A DNA stretch of 45,229 nucleotides, taken from Caulobacter sp. GTDB lineage: Bacteria; Pseudomonadota; Alphaproteobacteria; Caulobacterales; Caulobacteraceae. Position 1 is the stretch's first letter; the number at the start of each line of letters is the position of its first letter. The notes beneath the pieces are model-generated. The model was not told the origin of the DNA and made no database searches. It saw only the letters and a list, made by a program, of their open reading frames with translations. A program made the translations under genes and the position numbers. The stretch spans positions 1-45,229 of the forward strand of contig JASGDR010000125.1 of NCBI GenBank assembly GCA_047607095.1. Reading direction: 5' to 3'. Shown here one piece after another: positions 1 to 9,857 of this stretch.

Positions 1-160
1 GGCCGGCGTCGGCTGGGCCAAGTCGTCCAGCTGGGCGCGTTTGCGATCGACCGCCATGTGGTTCAGCGACCGGGGGGCGGCCGCCGCCGGCTTGCTGAAC
101 CACTTGGCGGTCGATCGCAAACGCGCCCTGCTGGACGACTTGGCCCAGCCGACGCCGGCC
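1..160. repeat. Long near-perfect inverted repeat: arms 1-67 and 94-160, 26-nt spacer
   Basis: 1-67 is the reverse complement of 94-160 with only two mismatches (32/129 and 57/104, both T:T). The left arm starts at the first base of the window, so it may extend further. Confidence 0.95.
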
Positions 161-211
161 GCCGCAATGGACGCCGTGGATCTGGTGCGTGAGGGCCGCG
201 ATGGCCGCTGA
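56..211 (+). CDS. Putative antitoxin (VapB/FitA-like) C-terminal part; 5' end uncertain or disrupted
   Basis: Frame is open from position 2 to TGA at 209-211 and reads ...LLNHLAVDRKRALLDDLAQPTPAAAMDAVDLVREGRDGR*. The 'D(A/S)VDLVREGRD' end overlapping a PIN gene start is typical of VapC-cognate antitoxins. First ATG is at 56. Not in the ORF track. Confidence 0.55.
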   Translation: MWFSDRGAAAAGLLNHLAVDRKRALLDDLAQPTPAAAMDAVDLVREGRDGR

Positions 212-632
212 GATCGTGCTGGACGCCTCGGTGGCGGCCAAGCTGTTCTTCCTGGAGGCCGGCTCCGAGGCGGCCCGTGCGCTGGCTCTGTCGGACGCCC
301 GGCTGATCGCGCCCGACCTGCTGTGGGTCGAGATGGCCAGCATCGCCGCGCGGCGGGTGCGCGCCGACGGGTTGGACGAGGACCGCGCCGGTCGCGCCGT
401 CTCGGCGCTGGACGAGATCGTCGCCGAGTTCCATCCGATGGGGAAACTCGCCGCCGGCGCTTTCGCCCTGGCGGCTCGACATGGCATGAGCGCCTATGAC
501 GCGGCCTATGTCGCCCTGGCGCAGCAGCGCGGGGCGGTGGTGGTCACCGCCGACGCCCGCCTCGTCGCCAAGGCGCGGGGCGCGGGCCTCGGCGCGCATG
601 TCCGCCTGCTCGAGGACGGAGGCCGGCCATGA
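201..632 (+). CDS. vapC: PIN-domain ribonuclease toxin (VapC family)
   Basis: MAAEIVLDASVAAK...WVEMAS...SAYDAAYVALA...VVTADARL: the conserved acidic PIN residues are present. ATG 201 preferred over GTG 189. Confidence 0.88.
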   Translation: MAAEIVLDASVAAKLFFLEAGSEAARALALSDARLIAPDLLWVEMASIAARRVRADGLDEDRAGRAVSALDEIVAEFHPMGKLAAGAFALAARHGMSAYDAAYVALAQQRGAVVVTADARLVAKARGAGLGAHVRLLEDGGRP

Positions 633-1093
633 CCGACGAAGACGCCATGGCCCTGGCCCTGGAAGAGGCGCGGGCGGCCGCCGAGCGGGGCGAGACGCCG
701 GTGGGAGCGGTGATCCTGGATCCTCGAACCGGCGAGGTGATCGCCCGGGCCGGCAACGGGCCGATCGCGGCGCATGATCCCACGGCCCACGCCGAGATCG
801 CCGCCATGCGGGCGGCGGCGGCGAAGCTGGAAAACTACCGGCTGACGGACCTGACCCTGGTGGTGACGCTGGAGCCCTGCGCCATGTGCGCCGGAGCGAT
901 CAGCCACGCCCGCATCGGCCGGGTGGTCTGGGGCGCCGACGATCCCAAGGGCGGGGCGGTGGTCCATGGGCCGAAGTTCTTCGCCCAGCGGACCTGCCAC
1001 TGGCGGCCGGAAACGGCGGGCGGGGTGATGGCGCAGGAAAGCGCCGACCTGCTGCGCGGCTTCTTCAGGGCGCGGCGCAAGGCCAAGGGCTGA
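629..1093 (+). CDS. tadA: tRNA adenosine(34) deaminase
   Basis: PVGAV, DPTAHAE and TLEPCAMC zinc motifs, plus C-terminal LLRGFFRARR. ATGA overlap with vapC. Confidence 0.92.
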   Translation: MTDEDAMALALEEARAAAERGETPVGAVILDPRTGEVIARAGNGPIAAHDPTAHAEIAAMRAAAAKLENYRLTDLTLVVTLEPCAMCAGAISHARIGRVVWGADDPKGGAVVHGPKFFAQRTCHWRPETAGGVMAQESADLLRGFFRARRKAKG

Positions 1094-1099
1094 GCGGCC

Positions 1100-1504
1100 T
1101 CAGTTCACCATCGCCGAGCCGAGCAGCACCTTGGCGCCTTTGCGGCCCAGCACCCTGTCGGCGGCCTTCTGCATCTCGGCGCCGATGTAGTCGAGGTCGG
1201 GCGGCGCGCCGCGGCGCAGGCCCGCGGTGTAGGTCATCAGCACCTGGGCGAAGGCCGCGCGCAGGCGCGGGGTCGAGGCCACGGCGTACTCCATGACCTT
1301 GGGGTCCTTGGCCTCGATGCCGGTCTCCAGCGTCATCACGCCCTTGCGGCCGTCGCGACGGATGGCCGTGGCGGTGATGGTCGGCAGGGCGAAATAGGTC
1401 GGCGGCGCCTCCTTCTTGGCCTCGTGGCCGCTGGCGAAAGCGGGCGAGGCCGAAAGGCCGGCGAGCGTCAGGACGGCGGCGATGAGGGCAAGGATGCGGC
1501 GCAT
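1100..1504 (-). CDS. Exported FliL-like protein
   Basis: Signal peptide (PAFA/S), then Y-x-x-LP-x-I ... PRLRAAF ... VLG...KVLL, resembling the FliL periplasmic domain. Divergent from pseB. Confidence 0.55.
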   Translation of the reverse strand: MRRILALIAAVLTLAGLSASPAFASGHEAKKEAPPTYFALPTITATAIRRDGRKGVMTLETGIEAKDPKVMEYAVASTPRLRAAFAQVLMTYTAGLRRGAPPDLDYIGAEMQKAADRVLGRKGAKVLLGSAMVN

Positions 1505-1565
1505 GCGTCTCCCATAACCCGTCGTGGTTGACGTCCTCTTTACGTCTGGTGCGTCACAAACGGCG

Positions 1566-2657
<1,092 letters not shown>

Positions 2658-2658
<1 letters not shown>

Positions 2659-3821
2659 TGGCCGCGCCGTTCCTCCCCTATGGTCTCCAGACCATCGAGG
2701 ACGACGACGTCGCCGCCGTCGCCGCCGCCCTGCGGGCCGATTTCCTGACCACCGGTCCGACCGTCGAGGCCTTCGAGACGGCCTTCAAGGCCAAGGTCGG
2801 GGCCGAGCACGCGATCGCCGTTTCCAACGGCACGGCCACCCTGCACCTGGCCATGCTGGCGCTCGGGGTGGGCGAGGGCGAGGTTTGCATCGCCCCGTCG
2901 GTGACCTTCCTGGCGACGGCCAACTGCGCCCGCTACGTCGGGGCCGAGGTGGTGTTCGCCGACGTCGACCCGACCAGCGGCCTGATGACGCCCGACACCC
3001 TGGCCGAGGCCCTGTCGCGCGCGGGCGACCGTCGCGTGCGGGCCGTGTTGCCGGTGCATCTGCGCGGCGACGTCTGCGATCTGCCGGCGCTGAAGGCCAT
3101 GGCCAGCGCGGCCGGTGCGGTGCTGGTCGAGGACGCGCCCCATGCGCTGGGCTCGACCGCGACCTTCGGCAATGAAGAGCATCCGGTCGGCGACTGCGCC
3201 TATTCGGCCTTCGCCAGCTTCTCGTTCCATCCGGTCAAGACGCTCGCCACCGGCGAGGGCGGCATGCTGACCACCAACGACGCGGGCCTGGCGGCGCGGG
3301 CCCGTTCCCTGCGCGGCCACGGCATGGCGCGCCCGGCCGGCGCCGAGCCGTGGGTCTACGAGATGCCCGAGCTGGGCTTCAACTACCGCATCCCCGACGT
3401 GCTGTGCGCCCTGGGCGTCTCGCAACTGGCCAAGCTGGACCGCTTCGTCGAGCGCCGGCGCGCCCTGGCGGCCCGCTATGTCGAGCTTCTGGCCCCGCTG
3501 TCGCCGCTCGTGCGGCTCGCCGCCAGTCCCGCCGGGTCGAACCCGGCCCTGCATCTGCTGACCGTGCTGATCGACTTCGAGGCGGCCATGACCACCCGCG
3601 CCGCGGTGGTCGAAGCCCTGAAGGCGCAGGGGATCGGCAGCCAGGTCCACTACATCCCCGTGCACCGCCAGCCCTACTATGTGAACCGGTACGGCCTGGC
3701 CGACCTGCCTGGCGCAGACGCCTGGTATGACCGCTGCCTGACCCTGCCGCTCTATCCGGCCATGGCCGACGGCGACGTCGACCGCGTGATCGAGGCGCTG
3801 GCGGGGGCGCTGGGGGTCTAA
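2658..3821 (+). CDS. pseC: PseC/FlmB sugar aminotransferase (DegT/DnrJ family)
   Basis: LPYG-Q, LTTGP, SNGTATLH, EDAPHALG, SFHPVK (PLP lysine), GFNYR, VHYIP. Start overlaps the pseB stop. Confidence 0.93.
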
Positions 3822-3908
3822 AATGGCTGTAGTCAGGCCAGAAGTGGGGGAGCATACCTAGGGATATGCAGTGTCGCGATGACGCCGCGTCTTTTAGGAG
3901 AAGCCGCA

Positions 3909-4028
3909 ATGGCTAAAACGAATGAGCAAGAAATCCGCCGTCTGAAGCGCATCATGCTTCGACTGCTGAAAGAGCGCCGTCAGCAGGGGCGCGAACCGAC
4001 GTCTAGCTACACGCTCGATAACCTCTAA
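3909..4028 (+). CDS. Small basic protein, 39 aa (MAKTNEQEIRRLKRIMLRLLKERRQQGREPTSSYTLDNL)
   Basis: AGGAG RBS at 3896-3900, ATG 3909, TAA 4026-4028 followed in frame by TAG. Below the ORF-track cutoff. Confidence 0.55.
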   Translation: MAKTNEQEIRRLKRIMLRLLKERRQQGREPTSSYTLDNL

Positions 4029-4180
4029 TAGCCTAGAGCGGATCGTCTTCCTGGGCCTTGTGTCCATGATCCATCGTACCGCCGCTCAGATGGTCGAGGA
4101 CGGAGCGGATCCCAGACATGGGCCTTCGCCGCAAGGGCGAGGGAGGCGAACCCGCGTGCGGAAATGGAGGCGGTCCCGCC

Positions 4181-5887
4181 TCAGGCCGCCTGTTGCTGCT
4201 GCACCAGGCCCTTGAGCAGGTCCAAAGTCTCGGGGCTGGCGGCCAGCTGTTCGCGAGCTTCGGGCGCGCGGGCGAGCTTGAGGGCTTCCATCCGGGCGCG
4301 GTCGGCGACCGGGCCGGTGGGGCCGGCGTCGCCGACGGCCAGGCGGGCCAGCAGGGCCAGGCGATGGGTGAGAGGCGCGGGCGCGCGGACCAGCAGCGAC
4401 AGCAGGCGGGTGTCGGCCTCGACCATGCCGCCCACCTCGCCCAGCTTGGCGCACAGGGGTTCGTAATCCTCGCGCACCAGGCCCGAGCGGATCAGCGACT
4501 TCTGCAGCGTCGCCAGGGCGGCCAGCTTCACCGACGGGCTGTCGGGACCCTGGCGCATCTCCTTCTCGAAGCGCATGGCCTGGATGTTGGCCGACAGCCA
4601 GCGGGCGGCGTGGCGCTTGTTGACCGCGCCCATGACGTTCTCGGCCAGGCGGATCAGCATGGTGATCTCTTCGCGGGCCGAGCGGTCGCGGCCCAGCAGG
4701 CTCTCGATGAAGTCGCCGTTGAGCAGGGTCTTGGAGCGGGTGGTGAAGGCCGCGGTGATGTCCTCGGCCGGCAGGATGCGGCCGGCGGCGGCCGTCAGGC
4801 TCATGGCCAAGGCGCGCAGGTGCTCGATCTCGCTCTCGGCGTCGGTCGGCTTCAGCCGGCGCACGCCGTTCAGCTCCTTGAGCACCCGGCGGGCGATCGA
4901 GGCGCGGACCGTGGGGAAATTGTCGCCGCTCAGCCATTGGCCCAGGCGCTTGGCTGTGCCGGAAAGCTCGGGCATGCAGTTGCGGACGCTGGCCTCGACC
5001 TTGATCAGCATCTCCACCTGCGCCCCGCCGGCCAGGCGGGTCATGGCGGCCAGGGTCGCGCCCAGGTCGTCGGCGGTGTCGAGCAGGTCGGCCATGCCGG
5101 CCTTGGAGCCGATGATCTCGGCGAGCGGGGTCTCGATGGCGGCCAGGGCGGCGGCGCGGGCCTTGGGCTCGGCCGGCGCGGCGTCGGCCAGGTCGAGCAG
5201 GCGGGCGATCTTCTCGCTCCAGTCCTTGGCCGGGGCGATCGAGGCGGCGACGCCCGCGCCCAGCAGGAAGGCGCGGTCCGGATCGGCGACCAGGCGCTCG
5301 GCGGCTTTCGCGAAGCCTTCCCTGTCGAGGTCGGGCAGCTGGCCTTTCTTGAAGGCCTTCATCAGGTTGGCGACCGAACGCTCGACCAGGCCCTGGAAGT
5401 TGCGGATCAGCTCGTGAACCGACATGCCCCGGGCTTCTGCCTCGGGAATGGCGATCTTCTGCAGGGCGTGCTGCAGGTCGGTGCCGGAGGCTTCCAGCTT
5501 CTCGACCAGGTCGGGCCGGTGCAGCAGCTCGAAGGGCGTGGCCTTGTGGCGGTGCAGCCAGCTTTCCAGCAGGCGGCCGATGCGGTCGCGGGCGTGGGCC
5601 GTATAGAGGTCGGCCGGCTGTACGCACAGCGGCTCCATCTCCTCGACGGGCTTCTTCGGCTTGCCGCCGTCGACCATGCCCTTGGTGAAGATCGAGATGG
5701 AGCGATATTCGCGGGTTTCGGGGTCCAGGGTCTCTTTCGAAACCCGCACGGCGACGGCGCGCCCCGAGTTCAGAACCTCCTCGGCCTGGGCCAGGGCGTG
5801 GCTGCGGATCTCGGTCGCCATGTCCAGAGTCCATTGCGCGCCGACCTTGCGGCGCACGAATAGCTCGTAATGGACCTGATCGCTCAT
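4181..5887 (-). CDS. Hypothetical protein, 568 aa, mostly alpha-helical
   Basis: Long ORF with native GC3-rich codon usage and GGAG upstream. No motif I recognise. Confidence 0.85.
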   Translation of the reverse strand: MSDQVHYELFVRRKVGAQWTLDMATEIRSHALAQAEEVLNSGRAVAVRVSKETLDPETREYRSISIFTKGMVDGGKPKKPVEEMEPLCVQPADLYTAHARDRIGRLLESWLHRHKATPFELLHRPDLVEKLEASGTDLQHALQKIAIPEAEARGMSVHELIRNFQGLVERSVANLMKAFKKGQLPDLDREGFAKAAERLVADPDRAFLLGAGVAASIAPAKDWSEKIARLLDLADAAPAEPKARAAALAAIETPLAEIIGSKAGMADLLDTADDLGATLAAMTRLAGGAQVEMLIKVEASVRNCMPELSGTAKRLGQWLSGDNFPTVRASIARRVLKELNGVRRLKPTDAESEIEHLRALAMSLTAAAGRILPAEDITAAFTTRSKTLLNGDFIESLLGRDRSAREEITMLIRLAENVMGAVNKRHAARWLSANIQAMRFEKEMRQGPDSPSVKLAALATLQKSLIRSGLVREDYEPLCAKLGEVGGMVEADTRLLSLLVRAPAPLTHRLALLARLAVGDAGPTGPVADRARMEALKLARAPEAREQLAASPETLDLLKGLVQQQQAA

Positions 5888-5930
5888 TGGCTTAAGGGGC
5901 TCCTGAGACTCGACTATGGCGTACGAGACC

Positions 5931-5945
5931 TTAAGGCGAGGTTGA
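5931..5945. promoter_or_regulatory. Near-consensus CtrA site TTAA-N7-TTGA upstream of the 568-aa gene
   Basis: TTAAGGCGAGGTTGA; GACTC (GANTC) at 5907-5911 and a second TTAA at 5892. Confidence 0.55.
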
Positions 5946-6134
5946 GGCCCGAGACCGGCGTTTTGCGCGTATCACTCGCTTTTCACGCGTCGCCCCATGT
6001 GTGGCGCAACTCGCCTTTCCCCGGCCGCAATGGGGTTCGAAAAGGCAGGATGGAAAGCTTGGCCGCTCCGTGCGTTGTAGCGGAGCGCAGGGGTCGATAG
6101 GATCGGCCCACGGATTTTCGGAGGATTAGACGGC

Positions 6135-6848
6135 TTGGCCGAGATCACGCTCATCGACGACGACGAAAACATCGTCGCTTCGGTCTCCCTGGCCCTGGAG
6201 AGCCACGGCCACACGGTGAAGGCCTATTACGACGGCGTCTCCGGGCTCGAGGCGGTGGAGATCAATCCGCCCGACCTCGTCATCCTGGACGTCAAGATGC
6301 CGCGCATGGACGGCATGGAAGTGCTGCGCCGCCTGCGCCAGTCGTCCGAGACGCCTGTCATCATGCTGACTTCGAAGGACGACGAGATCGACGAGATCCT
6401 CGGCTTCAACCTCGGGGCCGACGACTACATGCACAAGCCGTTCAGCCAGCGCCTGCTGCTTGAGCGGGTGAAGGCCGTGCTGCGCCGCGCCCGCCCCGAG
6501 GAAGAGGACCCGGCGGCTCCGGCCGCGGCGGGCGCCGCCGGCTCGAAGGTGATGAAGCGCGGCAAGCTGACGCTCGATCCGGCCCGTCACGACAGCCTGT
6601 GGGACGGCAAGCCGGTGCGCCTGACGGTCACCGAGTTCCTGCTGCTGCAGTCGCTGGCCCAGCGTCCCGGCTTCGTGAAGAGCCGCGACAACCTGATGGA
6701 CGCCGCCTACGACGATCAGGTCTATGTCGACGACCGCACCATCGACAGCCACATCAAGCGGATGCGCAAGAAGTTCCGCCAGGTGGACCCCGAGTTCGAT
6801 TCCATCGAAACCCTGTATGGCGTCGGCTACCGCTACCGCGAGGCCTGA
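6135..6848 (+). CDS. chvI: OmpR-family response regulator ChvI
   Basis: [55 protein letters not shown] start. Confidence 0.95.
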   Translation: MAEITLIDDDENIVASVSLALESHGHTVKAYYDGVSGLEAVEINPPDLVILDVKMPRMDGMEVLRRLRQSSETPVIMLTSKDDEIDEILGFNLGADDYMHKPFSQRLLLERVKAVLRRARPEEEDPAAPAAAGAAGSKVMKRGKLTLDPARHDSLWDGKPVRLTVTEFLLLQSLAQRPGFVKSRDNLMDAAYDDQVYVDDRTIDSHIKRMRKKFRQVDPEFDSIETLYGVGYRYREA

Positions 6849-8472
6849 GCCGGGCCGGGATCCGGCGCCGCGCGATCGGCGCCGGCTGGTCTGGCCGCGC
6901 GCCTCGCGGCTGGGGCGGCTGATCATCGGCCTGAACCTGCTGGCCCTGGCCATTCTGGTGGTCGGGGCCCTGGTGCTCAACGAGCTGCGCAACGGCCTGA
7001 TCAATGCGCGGATCGACAGTCTCAGCACCCAGGGCGAGCTGATCGCCAACATCATCGAACGGGCCGCCACCGTGGGCGAGCCCGAGCCGGCGCTCGACGT
7101 GGCGGCGGCCAACGACATCCTGCAGTCGTTCTTCGCCGGTCATTCCCAGCGCGCCCGCCTCTATGACGGCCAGGGCCGGCTGCTGGCCGATTCCTATCTG
7201 GTCGAGGACCGCGTCGAGTGGAAGGTGCTGCCGCCCGCCCGCAAGGCCGGCGACAGCGGCTTCCGCCTGTCCTTGCAGGACAAGGACGCCAAGCCGCGCG
7301 CCCTGGAGCGGGCCCGCGCCGAGTTCGAGCAGGAGATCGAGCGCGCCCGCATGGGCGAGACGGTAAAGCAGCAGCGCGTGGCCGAGAACGGCGAGCGGGT
7401 GGTGTCGGTGTCGATCCCCATCCAGCACGTCCGCGCCGTCCTGGGCGTGCTGACCGTCGAGGCCGGCGACGTCGACGAGATCATCAGCGCCGAGCGCAAG
7501 GCCCTGCTGCCGTTCGTGCTGGTGGCGGTGGGCGCGGTGCTGGTCTCCAGCGTGCTGCTGCACCGCCTTGTGGCCCAGCCGGTGCTGCGCATGGCGCGGG
7601 CCGCCGACCATGTGCGCCTGGAGGGCGCGCGGGCCATCAGCCTACCCGACATCTCGCGCCGCAACGACGAGATCGGGGATCTTTCTAGATCGCTGGAGGA
7701 GATGACCGAGGCCCTGTCCGAGCGGATGGGGGCCATCGAGCGCTTCGCCGCCGACGTGGCCCACGAGATCAAGAACCCCCTGACCTCGATCCGCTCGGCC
7801 ATCGAGACCCTGGATCTCGTCACCGAGGCCAAGGCCCGCCAGAGGCTGCTGGGCATCCTGCAGCAGGACGTCGGGCGCCTGGACCGGCTGGTGACCGACA
7901 TCTCCAACGCCTCGCGGCTCGACGCCGAGCTGTCGCGCGAGGCGCCTCGGCCGATCGACCTGGCCCGTCTGCTGACCGAGGCGGTGACCATCTACCAGGG
8001 GCAGGTGCGCGGCGAGGAGCCGCCGTTCAGCGTCCGCGTGGCGCTGACCGGCGTGCCGACCGGCGGCGCCCGGGTGCTGGCCCGCGAGATTCCGGTCAGC
8101 CAGGTGTTCCGCAACCTGATCGACAACGCCCGCTCGTTCAGCGCCGGCGACGGCGAGGTGCGGGTGGGTCTCGTGCGCCAGAACGGCCGGCTGACCGCCA
8201 CCGTCGAGGACGACGGCCCCGGCATTCCGCCCGACAATCTGGAGACCATCTTCGAGCGCTTCTACACCTCGCGCCCCAAGGGCCGGGCGTTTGGCGGCAA
8301 TTCGGGCCTTGGCCTGTCGATCGCCCGCCAGATCGTCGAGGCGCACGGCGGCAAGATCCACGCCGAGAACCGCCAGGACGAGACGGGCAAGGTGATCGGG
8401 GCGCGGTTCGTGGTCGATCTGCCCGAGCATCGCGACGGCCACCACGGTCACGGCCACGGAGGGCGCGAGTGA
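6817..8472 (+). CDS. chvG: Sensor histidine kinase ChvG
   Basis: Two TM segments, [16 protein letters not shown]-box, [33 protein letters not shown] 6817 preferred. Confidence 0.93.
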   Translation: MASATATARPEPGRDPAPRDRRRLVWPRASRLGRLIIGLNLLALAILVVGALVLNELRNGLINARIDSLSTQGELIANIIERAATVGEPEPALDVAAANDILQSFFAGHSQRARLYDGQGRLLADSYLVEDRVEWKVLPPARKAGDSGFRLSLQDKDAKPRALERARAEFEQEIERARMGETVKQQRVAENGERVVSVSIPIQHVRAVLGVLTVEAGDVDEIISAERKALLPFVLVAVGAVLVSSVLLHRLVAQPVLRMARAADHVRLEGARAISLPDISRRNDEIGDLSRSLEEMTEALSERMGAIERFAADVAHEIKNPLTSIRSAIETLDLVTEAKARQRLLGILQQDVGRLDRLVTDISNASRLDAELSREAPRPIDLARLLTEAVTIYQGQVRGEEPPFSVRVALTGVPTGGARVLAREIPVSQVFRNLIDNARSFSAGDGEVRVGLVRQNGRLTATVEDDGPGIPPDNLETIFERFYTSRPKGRAFGGNSGLGLSIARQIVEAHGGKIHAENRQDETGKVIGARFVVDLPEHRDGHHGHGHGGRE

Positions 8473-8903
8473 TCCGCCACGCCGGGCTCGTGGCCCGCCG
8501 CGTCGGCGGTTTCTGGCGCGGGGCGCTGATCGAGGGCGTCTCGGGCGCGGGCAAGAGCGACCTGGCCCTGCGGACGCTGGAAGCGGGCTTTCGCCTGGTC
8601 GCCGACGATCGGGTGGCGACCTTCGTCTCGGACGGCGAACTCTACGGGCGCGCGCCTGATCCCCTGGCCGGCCTGATCGAGGTGAGGGGGCTGGGCGTGG
8701 TTCCCGAGCCGGCCCTGCGCCTGGCTCGGATCGCCCTGGTGGTGCGCTGCGTCGAGACGCCGGACCAGGTCGAACGCCTGCCCGAGCCCCGGTTCGAGGT
8801 CCTTTTGGGGGTTTCCGTGCCCGTCTTCGACCTGTGGCCGCTCGAACCCGCCGCGCCGGCGAAGATCGGCCGGATGCTGGAGCATCTTGGAGTCGGTCCC
8901 TAA
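8469..8903 (+). CDS. hprK: HPr kinase/phosphorylase, short alphaproteobacterial form
   Basis: Walker A GVSGAGKS, LVADD, GLIEVRGLG; conserved position after chvG. Confidence 0.9.
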   Translation: MIRHAGLVARRVGGFWRGALIEGVSGAGKSDLALRTLEAGFRLVADDRVATFVSDGELYGRAPDPLAGLIEVRGLGVVPEPALRLARIALVVRCVETPDQVERLPEPRFEVLLGVSVPVFDLWPLEPAAPAKIGRMLEHLGVGP

Positions 8904-8978
8904 CAAGCGTATCAAGGCGGCCCGCGCGGCGCCTCCCTGCCGTTTCGGGCGAAGGGGATCCCGTTTGAGAGACCAGGC

Positions 8979-9383
8979 ATGATCGGGCTCGTGATCGTCA
9001 CGCACGGGCGTTTGGCGGAGGAATTCGTTTCCGCCATGGAGCATGTGGTGGGGCCGCAGACCGCGGTGAAGGCCATCTGCATCGGACCGGAAGACGACAT
9101 GGAGCGTCGTCGGTCGGACATTCTGAAGGCCTGCGCCGCCGTCGACGACGGGTCCGGCGTCATCCTGCTGACCGACATGTTCGGCGGCACGCCCAGCAAC
9201 TTGGCCATCTCGGTCATGGAGCAGACCAAGGCCGAGGTCATCGCCGGCCTGAACCTGCCGATGCTGATCAAGCTGGCCAGCGTTCGCACCCGCGACGACC
9301 TGGACGCCTGCGTCGCCCACGCTCAGGAGGCTGGACGCAAATACATCTCCGTGGCCTCCTACGTGCTGGCGGGAGAGAAATGA
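8979..9383 (+). CDS. manX: PTS EIIA component (mannose/fructose family)
   Basis: MIGLVIVTHG, LTDMFGGTPSN, GLNLPML. Confidence 0.92.
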   Translation: MIGLVIVTHGRLAEEFVSAMEHVVGPQTAVKAICIGPEDDMERRRSDILKACAAVDDGSGVILLTDMFGGTPSNLAISVMEQTKAEVIAGLNLPMLIKLASVRTRDDLDACVAHAQEAGRKYISVASYVLAGEK

Positions 9384-9658
9384 GTCGAACGGCGTCAGCC
9401 ACGGTCGAGATCATCAACGAGCGCGGGCTGCACGCCCGGGCCTCGGCCAAGTTCGTCAAGCTGGCCTCCGGCTTCGACGCCGAGGTCACCGTCGCCCGCG
9501 AGGGCTCCAGCGTCGACGCCCGCTCGATCATGGGCCTGATGATGCTGGCCGCCGGCATCGGCTCGACCATCGACATCGCTGCCGAGGGCCCCGAGGCCGA
9601 GGCCGCCGTCGACGCCCTGGTGGAACTGGTCGGCAACCGCTTCGACGAGGAACGCTGA
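9380..9658 (+). CDS. ptsH: Phosphocarrier HPr/NPr
   Basis: GLHARASAKFV (phospho-His) and DARSIMGL (regulatory Ser). Confidence 0.93.
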   Translation: MSRTASATVEIINERGLHARASAKFVKLASGFDAEVTVAREGSSVDARSIMGLMMLAAGIGSTIDIAAEGPEAEAAVDALVELVGNRFDEER

Positions 9659-9690
9659 GGGCCTCCCTTCCTTCTGTCTTGCCGGGTCCG

Positions 9691-9794
9691 TGCGTCCTTC
9701 GCGGCCCGCTGCGCGGGCGCCTCAGGATGAGGACGTCGATGCAATGATCCCCTCATCCTGAGGTGCGAGCCGCAGGCGAGCCCCGAAGGACGCA
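9691..9794. repeat. REP/RIME-like palindromic repeat, family A, copy 1
   Basis: TGCGTCCTTCG...CCTCAGGATGAGG-spacer-CCTCATCCTGAGG...CGAAGGACGCA; closely similar copy at 25907-26008. Confidence 0.85.
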
Positions 9795-9800
9795 AGGCGC

Positions 9801-9833
9801 AAAGCAAAAGGGCGGCCCCGGAGGGCCGCCCTT
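9801..9833 (-). terminator. Intrinsic terminator of the M16 protease gene
   Basis: 11-bp stem AAGGGCGGCCC/GGGCCGCCCTT, 4-nt loop, T-rich tail on the minus strand. Confidence 0.8.
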
Positions 9834-9857
9834 CGCGTTTTCAGGGTCTTGCGAAGC

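Noticed and set aside
4030-4180. Hairpin CCTTCGCC-GCAA-GGGCGAAGG and a CTAGAGCGG motif as a possible sRNA or CIR remnant
   Set aside because: Only one short stem with no second arm, promoter or T-tract; insufficient evidence.
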